Source of the DNA: the human T2T-CHM13v2.0 reference genome, Homo sapiens
Reading direction: 5' to 3' (one strand)
DNA length: 64,000 nucleotides
NCBI RefSeq assembly: GCF_009914755.1
Contig: NC_060925.1
Notes under the pieces: model-generated
The model's input: only the letters and a program-made list of their open reading frames with translations
Database searches by the model: none
Told to the model about the DNA's origin: nothing
In this document: positions 26,871-39,819 of the stretch, in pieces
Position numbering within the stretch: the first letter of the stretch is position 1
Layout: the number at the start of each line of letters is the position of its first letter
Translations under genes and position numbers: made by a program

Positions 26871-26992
26871 TCCTTTCTTTCTTTCTCTTTCTCTCTTTCT
26901 TTCTTTCTTTTCTTTCTTTCTTTCTTCTTTTTCTGTCTCTCTTTTCTTTCTTCCTTTTCCCTTCCCTTTTCCCTTTCCTTTCCTTTCCTTTC
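26669..26992. repeat. Compound (TTCC)n/(TTTC)n/(TC)n/(TTTCCC)n pyrimidine tract
   Basis: Almost entirely C/T on the + strand. Confidence 0.95.
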
Positions 26993-27272
26993 TCAGAGTA
27001 TTGCTCTGTTGCCCAGGCTGGAGTGGTGCAGTGGTGCAATGCAATCGGCTCACTGCAACCTCCACCTCCTGGGTTCCAGCAATTTTCTTGCCTCAGGCTC
27101 CCAAGTAGCTGGGACTATTGTGCCACCACGCCCAGCTAATTTTTGTATTTTTAGTAGAGACAGGGTTTCATCATGTTGGCCAGGATAGTCTCAAACTCCT
27201 GGCCTCAAGTGATCAGCCTGCCTCGTCCTCCCAAAGTGTAGGGATTACAGGCATGAGCCACCACGCCCAGCC
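26669..27272 (-). mobile_element. Alu (J/S) whose tail is a ~325-bp compound microsatellite
   Basis: Alu body ~26993-27272; TSD aatttctggttt at 26657-26668 and 27273-27284. Confidence 0.9.
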
Positions 27273-28064
27273 AATTTCTGGTTTTCTTTCAAGCTCATGC
27301 AGATAACACATTTCTAACTCTAAATTAGATAATGTCTATAAGAGATCTAGCAAGCTCCTTTGTACAGAGTAGGTACTCAGCAAATACCAACTAAAATATA
27401 GTGATTATAAAAATAACTCACAGTGAATCATTTTTAGGCTTAACCCTTTCATTTAAGGCCCTTTGGAGCTCTTTAACGTCTTGATTCCTGAAATCCTTTA
27501 TAAGAAACTTTTATTTAGCCCAGTGGGTCTCAAAGGCTTGAGGCAGGGCTTGACCAGTAATCAGAACCCTCCTGAAGGTATTTTTTCTGATTCCTTTCCC
27601 CACCTTTTCCTTTCACTCTTTTGAGAATCAACAAGAATTATGTTCTCTCTCAGGTGCTCCATGTGGAAAAATATATTGAGATCACTTAGCCTTGTCTTTT
27701 CTTTCTTTCTTTTTCTAAACGAGAAACACTTAAAACTATATGTTTATGATTTACCTGAGGAAAGGCTGTCTTTTTTTTTTTTTTTTTTTTTTTTTTGCCT
27801 CTTTCCTGCTGTCAGATAAAAGCAGAACTGGAGAGAAAAATTATGTTGCAGGCAACATAGTCAAAATAGTTCCAGAGCTGTGTTGCTAACCCAGCTTAAA
27901 GTTTCTCTTTGCCCCAGACTTTTTTTCTTCTAAGAAAAGCCTCTATTCTAAGAGACTTGCTCTTCTTAGAATAGCACCGGCAGACATAGAGCAGTTTACA
28001 GCTTGCCTTTTTATAAAGACAGCCCATTTTCAAGAGGAAGAATAAGGAAGGAAGGGTCTAAAGA

Positions 28065-28232
28065 CAGTGTCTGGGCTCAGATCGCACATTCCTACCTCCT
28101 AGCTGTATGATCTCTCTCGGCCTCAGTTTTCCATCTGTAAATGGAGATAATACTAGCTTCTATTTTATAGGGTTATTAAGAATTTAAAAAGCACTTGGCA
28201 CATAATAAATACTCAATATATATTAGTTCACA
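28065..28232 (+). mobile_element. MIR
   Basis: ctagctgtatga..gcctcagttttccatctgtaaatggagataata..ggcacataataaatactcaata. Confidence 0.8.
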
Positions 28233-28235
28233 TTA

Positions 28236-28544
28236 TTTTATTTTTATTTGAGACAGAGTCCCGCTCTGTCACCTAGGCCAGCGGAGTGCAGTGGCACGAT
28301 CATAGTTCACTGCAGCCTTGAACTCCTGGGCTCAAGCAATCCCCCCACCTCAGCCTTCCTAGTAGCTGGAATCACAGGCATGAGCCATCATGCTCAGCTA
28401 ATTAATTTTTTTTTTTTTTTATAGAGACAGGGTCTCACTACGTTGCCAAGGCTAGTCTCAACTCAAACTCCTGGGCTCAAGCGATCTTCCCATCTCTGCC
28501 TCCAAAAATGCTGGGATTACAGGCATAAGCCAACACACCTGGCT
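28236..28544 (-). mobile_element. AluJo-like
   Basis: gatcatagttcactgcagccttgaactcctgggctcaag; degenerate TSD gttcacattattt / gctctcattattt. Confidence 0.9.
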
Positions 28545-28784
28545 GCTCTCATTATTTTTAATGGACATCTAATTATTGAAAACTTGCTATGTGCCAGCCA
28601 CTGTGTGTGTACGTGTGTGCGTGTGTGTGCACATAGTATGTGTACAGATACCCACATACTATGTAATATTTATTTATTGTGAGTCTGCCCTAATCTTCAT
28701 GGAGGAAGGTTCTTAGCCTGTTTTACTCACTGCTGTATTCTTGTACATGGAACAATGCCTGAGACATAGGAGGCATCCCAAAAT

Positions 28785-28789
28785 ATTAT

Positions 28790-28824
<35 letters not shown>

Positions 28825-28920
28825 CATATATACACATTTATATTCACACGCATACAGTTATATATACACACATATATCTATATATACACCCATATGATTA
28901 CACACATACACATACATAAT
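28785..28920. repeat. (TA)n/(TACA)n low-complexity tract
   Basis: TA run followed by degenerate TA/CA repeats. Confidence 0.85.
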
Positions 28921-29199
28921 TAAAAATGCATTTTCTTGCCAGAAATCTTGATACTAAACTAGGAGTCCAATTAGCTAGCCAAGAGCAGATTATGAGAGAT
29001 TTGGTTAGCACAATCCAATTTCAGGAAATATCTTAGTATATAAATCCTGAGGTTTCGAGAAGGTAGAGAAGAGGTTAACACAGCAACTCTGACGGAATCG
29101 AAGAGGAGGGAGTGGGAAGTTGTTTCCAGTGAGATGATGCTGAGGGAGGAAGAGAGACAGGGGAAGCTGCCAGACCAGAACTGGGGAATCTGGGTTGTT

Positions 29200-29520
29200 A
29201 GAGCGTTGGTGCTGATTGGCTGATTGGTGGCGGTCACAACCACCCTGATTCCTCCCTCCAGCGGGGCTGCCCTGGGTTCTCACAGAGTTTGTTTGGGAAG
29301 GGGGTGAAGGCGGGTTTGCACCCTTTGCTGGTCATTTCCAGGGCTTTCTCTGGACCCTGCATCTAGTGAAGCAGTAGCTGCTTCTCTCTAGCCATCCAAA
29401 AGTTGCTTTTCTGTTTACGTCAGTTTGCTCTGTTTCCCAGAGCTCTGGGAATTGCTTTAAATGACAATTTCTGGACATTGTAAGTCCTTTGCTGAGTCAC
29501 TGCTGAAGAACTTTCCGGCA
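29200..29520. promoter_or_regulatory. Candidate promoter/enhancer: tandem CCAAT, CRE-like and ARE/AP-1 motifs
   Basis: ctgattggctgattggt 29212-29228; ttacgtca 29415-29422; tgctgagtcac 29490-29500; unique sequence. Confidence 0.4.
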
Positions 29521-30375
29521 AAGTAGTCTGAGACTCCACTGACTAAGGCAACAGGCTACAGCACTAGAGCCCTAGCAACAGGCCTAAACTAAACAGAAAT
29601 GGATTTTGAGGCTGCTAAGTGCTTAACATGGGGGAGAAAAATCCCAGGTATCCCTGACAGCTGAGCCACCCACTCTCAATCTGGAACAGCCTTCCTCCAT
29701 GTCCTTTATTCCCAGGAGTCACAGGCTGCAGAGACCTCCAGCTGCAGGGCTCCCCTAATGCTCTCAGTTTCTCCTGGGGCTTCCAGGAGAGCAGAACCCC
29801 CACTGGCCTGCCCATCCACTTCTCCATCCTGGTGTCCCTGGAGACAGTCTAAGCATAAATGCTCAAACCAAAGAATGTGAGGGGCTGGCATGGATCACTT
29901 AATGTGCTATCTGCTCTTTGGAGAAATGGCAGAGATCCACATAAAATGTAGCTTAGCAATCACATACTAAGCCAGTAGATATCTAATAATGTTAGTCCGG
30001 CTCATTTGGGAATTTTTGAGGCTTAGGAGTATTCAGCATAATTCCATTTGTTTAGCAAATTGATGATGTAGAAAGAGAGATTCCTATCCACTTAAACAGT
30101 AAACTACTTTGGCAGCAAGCTTTCATACAACAACAATTATAAGCAAATTACAAATGGTTTTATCTATTTGGCAATGGTGAGCCTTTAAAATGAGCTCATT
30201 TATGTAAGCATTCATTCATTAAAAACATAGTGAGAGCTTGCTATGTGGAAAGCTGCTAGGCAAGTGGAGAAGGCTGATCTCCATTAGAAGGAATGAGTAT
30301 TTACTTTGCTGCACATAATGTTGGGTGCTTTTCCAATCTTAGCATTTAATCTTTGCAACAACTTTGTGAGGTAGG

Positions 30376-30902
30376 CATGGCAAAGACTGGTATTTGTTCC
30401 CCCATATTCATTCTTAGCTTTATTTTGGTAACAGAACCTTCCTACTCTGAGTTTTGGTAGTATATGTGGCTTCCCAGTTATTGCTGAATAGGATGACTGA
30501 AGAATCAGAGGCCTGGGATTGCTAAGCCTTTCTCAGCCTCCCTTGTAGCTAAGTGTGGTCATATCATTCTAGTCAATAGGATTTGAACAAAAGTGACTGT
30601 GCAACTTTAGGGGTGAAGTCCTTATAAAAGGAGCTATTTTCTCTTTGCTTGCCTTCCTGGGATCTAGAAAGAGATATGGTTGTGGAGCTGATGAGTAAGC
30701 TTTAGTTTATCTGGGCAATGGCAGAGCAATGAACAAAAAGAAGCTGGGGCCATGGATGGCTTGGGAGAATAGAGTCTCCTGTCTGTCCTCATCTGTCTGT
30801 CCATCACCTTGTCATTATGTGAAAGAACAAAGGTCTTATCTGAGTCTTTCTCTTTAGGGGATCTCCTTGCTTCATAAGCCTAATTTCTACAGTTCTAATA
30901 TA
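30376..30902 (+). mobile_element. LTR33-like ERVL LTR inserted in a MIR
   Basis: cccccatattcattc..gtaacagaacc..cagcctcccttgtagctaagtgtggtcat; MIR pieces on both sides. Confidence 0.7.
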
Positions 30903-31264
30903 GTAATAAGAAAGCTACCCTAATGATGAAAAATGTAAAGAAGTTAGGCAAATGTTCTGAAATCTCTAAGGAATTATATGGCAGAGCCCAGACTCAGACT
31001 CAGGTCTGCTGTGTTCTGCTACATCATGTCACCTTCCTTAAAATAAGCAGACAGACACAATGTGAACCCCCTGGGTTTCTCAAGAAAAGGAGTTCTGCTG
31101 TTGCTGCCATGAGATTTTAGTGGTTCATCTTTCAAAACGTCTACCAGAAGGGGGAGGCTCCCACCTTTATTGAATACCTACTGTGTACCAGGAACCCTGT
31201 TGTACACTTTACGTGTGGCATTGCACTGAAGACACAAATGCACACAAATGCTGCTCTCAAACTA

Positions 31265-31935
31265 CGCAAAATGACATGTACTTAAATAGTTCCACATGAG
31301 AGACAGAGAGTGCTAAGTGAGTGCAGAGGAAGGAGAGGATGTACCTGGCTGTGTGGGATTGGGAACAGCTTCAAGAAGGAGGTGGCACTGGATTTGAGTC
31401 TTGCAGAATAGGTAGTATTTGGGGGACAAGGCATTGCAAGTAGAGAAAACACCATGAGCAAAGGATGAGGAGCAGGAGAGCACTAGAAGCAGGTCCTTCT
31501 TAGCATGTCCAGAATGTAAGCTCCCTGATGAGAGCAGGTAGGTGACAAGGACAGGTAGGCTGATGTCAGATGAGGGAGGGCCTGGAGTGGCAGGCTAGAG
31601 AGTTCAGACTTCATGTATGGGGTTGAGGGATGCCTGCAGAATTCTGAATAAGATGTTGGAAAAATCAGAGCTTCAGAGTTGATGAGCATTTCTAAGCCAT
31701 GACTGTGTCCCAGGCGCTGGACAAAGATGAATCTACCAGTAATGGGGACAACAGAGTGGAGGAGGACAGACAGGAAACCAGAAGGCCAGCAAGGAAGCTA
31801 ACTCCGAAGCAGCAGCAGGAGAGAGGGGTGGGGACGACAGAAGAGATGTTGCAAGGGCAGGACTGACAGCACTTGGCAGCCTCCTGGGTGTGGGAGGTAA
31901 GGGAGCAAGAGGAACCCAAGATAACACAGAGGTTT
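31265..31935 (-). mobile_element. L2 fragment
   Basis: cttcaagaaggaggtggcac..gagtcttg..agagaaaacaccatgagcaaagg. Confidence 0.55.
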
Positions 31936-32156
31936 GTTTTTGTCTAGAAGCTTGAAGGAGAGAAAAATTACTTAAAGATATTCTGGCTAGCTGTTTTCTT
32001 AATTAACACACGGAATGGGAAGTTTTACAATAAGCTAAAAAGCCCTCTCTTTTCTAAGGAATAGTTTATAATTAGATATATAAAAGATATGGTTACAGCA
32101 CATTCTCTTTCTCTGAAGATAAAAGCGTTGGCAGAGAATTAGGATTAATGATCCTC

Positions 32157-32578
32157 TGTGGAGACTAAAGCAGCTCCATCTTGGATGCTAACCTGCCAGG
32201 TTGACTTCTGATTAACCCCAGTTCCAGGAATGCCTTTTAGAGCTCCAGTTTATCTATTGTTCTTTGTGTAAGAACATCTACACATCTTTTCTTTCTTTCT
32301 TTTTCTAAAAGAGAAACACTTAAAAGAGTTTCTTTTCTAAAAGAGAAAACACCTTAAAGCCTGCCCTTAGGGCAAGTCCCTACTCATTCCCTCTGAGGCA
32401 AGTGTGCCCCTCCCCTGTGGTATATAATCCCTGGGTCTGGTGGGTAATGGTAGGGGGATCCACCATCTTGTCTTGTGGCCAAACAAGACACAGACATGGC
32501 TTCTGTTCATTACATCCTTACTAAATGTTTCTTTCTAAGAAACTGGATTTGTCAGCCTCTTTCTTTGGCCTATCAGCT
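32157..32578 (+). mobile_element. LTR47-like ERV LTR, 3'-truncated, carrying a ~65-bp foreign insert
   Basis: tgtggagactaaagcagctccatcttggatgctaa..ggtatataatccctgggtctgg..gatccaccatcttgtct. Confidence 0.75.
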
Positions 32579-34029
32579 AGAAGACCACAACAATGTTATC
32601 AAGGCCCTAGTGTGTGCCTCTGGTTGATATATAAAATTTTAACTGTCAGATAACTTTTTAATTTGCAAATTTATTCAAAGTTTGAAAATACCTTGGAGAG
32701 TCTTAGAAATCTCAGAAATTAGTGACTGGGATATCTCTATATTCATGATATCTATAAGTTTCCTGCATATCCACTCAGAAGGCTTCTGAAAATAGGGGTA
32801 ATATGAGAAGTTAATAATTGTTACGTCTGGCTTCCTCTTTCTTTGCCTTTCTCTCTTATATCTTCAATCTTCTTTTTTCACTGGACACGGATAACTCTTT
32901 GGGAAGTGCTAAACTCTCACAGTAAAGTCAAATCAGAGTTAAAGGCAAGTGTTTAACCAATCATGTTCAAATACAAGCTAGCATATGAAGAATTTTAGGC
33001 TCAAAGACTCAAATCCTCTGCATTCCTGAGAAATCTCAGTTTCTTATTCTGGGAAATGTTTTCACATTGCACTTTGCTGCCACAGCCAAATGGGTATATC
33101 TTTTTTAATTTTTATTACTAAAAGGTTTAAATTGGGATTTAGATTAGATTTAAATTAGGAAACTGAAAGAAAACATTTTGTATCCATGCATTTTAAAAAA
33201 ATCCACCCATAAAAAGAGAGCTAGGTGTCCATTTCTGATGTGGGGGCAGTGTTCTTGTGGAGGTAATGTAAGCTAGGTTTGTCCACTTCATTTCTTGTGT
33301 TTTGACAGATTCTGTGGTGCTGCTGTTGCCTTGTTCAGGTTCAGAAAACTCACTCAGTGGTGTTGCAACATCCTCATAAGGCAGCTTGTCTTACAGTCAA
33401 TCATTCTCAATCAAACCCAAGATCCCCCATCTCTCTGTACCTCACTATCCAATCTCCTGAAACCTTGATTTTTATCAGATGGGCACCTGGCTCAGCACAG
33501 CACCCACTTCCAGTGGGCCAATTTTGGTTGATTTTTGTCCCCTCTCATTCTTCCTCCACTGTCTTACATCTTGGCCCCTGTATGAAAGCTATGGTGAGAC
33601 CAGAGCTGGGGCCCCATCTTTCCTTAGTGAGGACCAGCAGAGCTGTGAGCTCTTGTGTGGGTTGGGGTGCATTGGGTGGCAAGAGTGGGAAGCAGTTGGC
33701 ATCTTTTTGGGATCTCATTATTCACCCAGCAATAGTTATTTTATATCAACTGTTTAGTAAGCACTGCTCTTGGGGGCACAAAGATAAATTCAAAATAGAC
33801 TTATCTTCAAAGATCTCATAGTCTGTGGAGGAGACAGACAGAAACAGATGATTACAACCCAGTGTGGAGGAAGAGCAAGGGAGGCTAGAACCAGGGAATA
33901 AAGGGAACAGAGGCAAAGGGCAGCTGAGCCCTGATGGTAAATGGAAAAAGCCACCCTGACTCCTTCCAGATCACACCCATCAGTATTGTCAGTATCTTCA
34001 TTCTCCATGGTGTTTGACTCTTGATAAAC

Positions 34030-35140
34030 CTCCTTCTATTTTTAATTAATTTTGTTTTAATTAAAATATTCAAATTATAAGGTATTTCAAGCATGCATCA
34101 AAATAGTGAAAATAATATAAGAGATGGTACCTCAAGTGGTGGTTTTGTGTGACTGTTAAGAGCACAGACTCTAGAACTGAACTGCCTAGGTTCAAATCCC
34201 AACACTCCCTCCTACCACTGAGTGACAGTTGGACAGGTTATTGTCCCTTCGTGCACCTTAGCTTCCTCCTCTGTCAAATAGGGGCAACAACACTCATCTG
34301 GGAGACTGAGCAGTGCTGGCACACAGTCAGCATGTAGAAGCATAGTTTTTATGCTTTCCAGAAGGCAGCATAGCACAGTTTTGTAGTCAAACTGCTGGCA
34401 TGTAAGTCCCATCCAGTGCCACACCACCTGTGAACAGTATAATATTGAGTAAGTTATTTAAGCTTTCTGTGCTTTGATTCCCTTGCCTATATGAGTCTAA
34501 ATTATATTAGAATAACCTCATAGGATTGCTTTAAAGGATTGAGTGCATTCATACCTGTAAAGCTTCCACAGTAGTTCTGGCATACAGTAAGCTCCCAACA
34601 AATATTAGCTGTTATCATGAAACAGAAACTCTTTACCTTCACTGAGCTTTAACAGGTGAGAACGTTTTGTCATATTTGCTTCAGATCTGTTTTTCAATGG
34701 AATAAAATTACAATTATCATGGAACTTCCATCTTCCCTCCCAATGCCCTCTGCTCATTGCCAGAGCTCTCCACTCTGACAGTGTTTCTTTCCTATCCATA
34801 CTTTCTTCTCTCCCATTGTCTCTCTCTATATATAATATAGATGTATTGTATATTAATATAGATAGATGTACATTCATAAATAATGCATAGACTATTTTTA
34901 TGTTCTCAGCTTTTTGTAAGTGTTGTCATGCTGTATATATTCATCTGCAACTTGGTTTCTCCCTTTTTTCCAACTTAGTTTCTGAGACTTCGCTATGTTT
35001 ATTCATCTTCACTACTGTGTTGTACTTCATTGGATAAATAAACTAGAGTTAATTGATCCATTCTCACAGGATGGACAGTTACGTTGTTTCCGGTTGCTGC
35101 TATCTGTATAGCAGACTATACTGCATCAAGCATCTTTGTG
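34030..35140 (-). mobile_element. Old L1ME-type 3' fragments interleaved with two MIRs (~34145-34335, ~34362-34616, + strand)
   Basis: tttgtcatatttgcttcagat..gtcatgctgtatatattc..ggacagttacgttgtttcc; MIR cores gttaagagcacagactctag and gtaagttatttaagc. Confidence 0.55.
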
Positions 35141-35334
35141 TGCACACCGTCTTTGAAGCACTCTGATTCCAGGGCTCTCATGTTTTGTTTTGCTTTTAAT
35201 TATTCTTTTCATATTTGACTGTTTCTGTAAGAGTCTGGTAAGTGTCTTCGGTCTTAGAATGTTGAGGATTGTGCCAGATAAATTATATGCCTTGTCTTAA
35301 CTAATCCTCACTGTGATTCTGTAAAGTAGGTGTT

Positions 35335-35580
35335 AGAGTACAATGATGAAAAGCGGGAATCCTGGGCTAAATACCTGGATTCAAATTTCAGCTCCTCCAT
35401 ACACAAACTGTAAGGTTTTGAGAAAAATCACTTAATATCTTGGGCCTCAGCTTCCCTTTCTATAAAATAGAGTGATAATTGTATCTCTTCATGGGGTTGT
35501 GGGAGGAGTGAGTGAATTACTGCATATAAAACACTCAGAAAAGTGGGTGGCACATAATGAATGCTGTGTAGGTGTTATAA
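35335..35580 (+). mobile_element. MIR
   Basis: cctggattcaaatttcagctc..gcctcagcttcc..tataaaatagagtgataat..ggcacata. Confidence 0.75.
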
Positions 35581-35934
35581 TTAGTTTTAACTCTCTTTTC
35601 ACCGTAGGGGAAACAGAAATGCAGAGAAGATAAGCCATGTTTCCAAAGAAATCCAGCTAAGTTAGCCCTATTGAGGCATGGACTGGAAGGTAGGCACATC
35701 TGACATTGCAAGCTTACAAACCCATGCCTTCTCACCACACAGCTTCCTCTCTCTGTGGAGCTTTGCATTCATGCAATCTCTGTCTCCTCAGTACAAGACT
35801 CCGCCTAGGAGACCTGGAGGCAAGAGCCAAGTTTCCTTGTACACCATCCCTCTCTCTGAAGTTCCAGCCGGACCTCCAGTGGGATCAGGAACTTCTCGTT
35901 GGGCTATCACATGGGCGACCTGACTGGCCCTGTC

Positions 35935-36630
35935 CTTCCACTCATGGCAGCCACAGTGATCTGTTAAAATGTGAGTCAGTTCCTGTCACTTGTCTGCTGG
36001 AAACTCTCCACTGGTTTTCCATCACACTTATAAGGAAACCCAAATTCCAGACTCTGAGGTACAAGGCCTTCATGATGTGCTCCCTGGCTTCCTGTTGACC
36101 TTATCTCCTCCCCTTACTTTAGCCACAAGGGCCTCTTTGTGTCCTTGAACTTGGCACTTGATTTTATTTGGGGTTCTTTTGCATCTGCTGTTCCTTCCTC
36201 CTAGATCCCCTTGATTCAGATCTTCACATGTTACTCACTCCCTCATTTCACTCAGGTCTCTGCTCCAATGTCACATTCTGCAAGAAATCTTCTCTGAACA
36301 CCAAAAATGATCTCTTATTTTTGCTTCCTGACCAACCAGAGCTGACACTGCCCATAGCTCTAGAGCAGATCTTTTAGATGCCGGATCTTTGGGAGATCCT
36401 AGAGACCTGGGAAAGAGTCTAGTATGGCCACAGTGGAGGGCGGGGAGGGGGCAGGGGAAAGGGGAGTGGAGGATGACGTGGGGTAGCAGCTATTTACCAC
36501 CTGGTAGAGGTGACCTCAGTATTTTCATCAGTATGGCTACATCAGTACACACAACTGTATCACTAGGGCCTAGAGCTGTGCCAGGCAGACAGCAGGCAGT
36601 CAACGAATATTTGTTTAATTAATTAAGTAA
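35935..36630 (+). mobile_element. L2 fragments (35935-36300, 36510-36630)
   Basis: gcagccacagtgatctgttaaaatgtgagtcag..tcaggtctctgctccaatgtcac..gaatatttgttt. Confidence 0.7.
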
Positions 36631-36989
36631 AAAGGAAAAATGGACAGAAAAAGCAACATTTCAACGTAAGGAAGTCCAAACAGGTAGCCTGAGGCACAAG
36701 GACGAAAGGTAGAGAGGTGTGCCTAGCTATGGGGGGGTTGATGTTGGAAGCTGGGGGAGTGGAGAAGAACCAGTCTCTCCTCTTCAGGGGTCACTTCTTC
36801 TTATATACCTCAGGGAAAAGAGGTTGTCCTTTAGAAGGTGCTCTTCTGGTCTGCTGTGGCTGCACTCAACAGACTCTGCTGTTGAGGTTGGTCTGCTCCT
36901 CCCGGGATCTGGTTCAGCTCCACGCAGGCGGAAGGCAGCAGACAGAAAATGTGAGGTAGGCTCCCTGCTCTGTTCCCCACTCCACCCCA

Positions 36990-37152
36990 CAAGGCTGGCT
37001 TCACCAACATGCCACAGCAGTTATACAGGGCCCTGTGCTCAGAAGGGCCCCACATATGGTTTAATGCTTTGCTGTTGCTGTCTTGAAATTCTTGATTTTT
37101 GCACAGGCATTTCCCTTTTGCACTCAGCCCTGTGCATTATGTAGCTGTGCAT
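36990..37152 (+). mobile_element. MER45A hAT-Tip100 MITE
   Basis: acagggccctgtgctcagaagggcccc..ggtttaatgct..tcttgaaattctt..ttttgcact..attatgtagc. Confidence 0.75.
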
Positions 37153-37862
37153 TATGAGTGTGCCATTCCATAAGACAAGAAAACAGCCTGCCTAAGTTAA
37201 CCCCCAGCCCACAAACAAACTAAGCTTTCTCATTATCAGGGAAACAGCCAAGCCCTGGGCCTGCCTGTGTAGGAAAGTGAAGCCCATCACCTAGCTTTAG
37301 ACCTTCTGGTGGCCACACAAAATTAGGCAGAAGCTTTGAAGAGCTGCTTTTCCGTATCTCAGGCGGGCCTCCTCATTTTGTTCTCAGGCAGCATTGAAGC
37401 AGTAGGAGGATATAGAACTCTCCAGTATAACAAGCGACCTCCCAGAGGCCTAGGTGGGTAGAACATATGGAGGGAGGGGATGGCCTGTGCACATGCACAC
37501 ACATGCGTGCACGCCTCAGGTTTTTGTTTTTGACTTTTTCTTTTTTTTTTTTAATTTTGTGTTTGTCACTGATTGGCTAAAGATGTCCTGACAACTGAAT
37601 TCTGGTCTCCCAGTTTGGGAAGCTCAAAGAGTTTCCTCACAGACATTGGACTTTGCCTCCCAAGACCTGGGGTAAGGTAGGAGACAAAAGGATGACTGAG
37701 TTTAAGGCTGGGCTGAGCAGAGTTCCAATACCTGCAAGTTCTTGTGGTTTTCCTGGGACTATGAAGTCCCTGCAGACAAGGTCTATCTTGCAGTTGTCTC
37801 AGTACAACTAATTACTTTTTTTTTTCTAAGTTGTGATGTTTATTAATTTTTGGTCAAATTTC

Positions 37863-39446
<1,584 letters not shown>

Positions 39447-39819
39447 TTAATTAATCCACCAGCCCATTCAACAACTACTCTCAGAGTCCCGGCTATGTGG
39501 TGGGCACGTTTTCAGCCTGTGAGGATATACACCTCTGAGGAGCACTTCTCCTCTGGGTTTCAGCCTGGGCCTCTAGCTCTCTTCCTTGACCTCAAACTCA
39601 AATACACTCAATGTGGGCTCATGTGCCATGGCCCCTGACTGGGTCCCACCCAGAGTTCCCCCAACTGAGTGAATAGCACCATTGCACAGAGAGGCCACTT
39701 AGACTGGCAGAGAGCATGGGCGCCAGACTTGCTGTCTATGGTGAGGACTGGCCATGCCCCCTACTCACTGTGCCTTAGTTTCCTCATAGGGTAGAGTGAC
39801 ACATACTAGCTATTATTAC

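Noticed and set aside
26563-27108. 181/147/135-aa ORFs rich in F/L/S or K/E/R
   Set aside because: Translations of the pyrimidine microsatellite plus Alu; not genes
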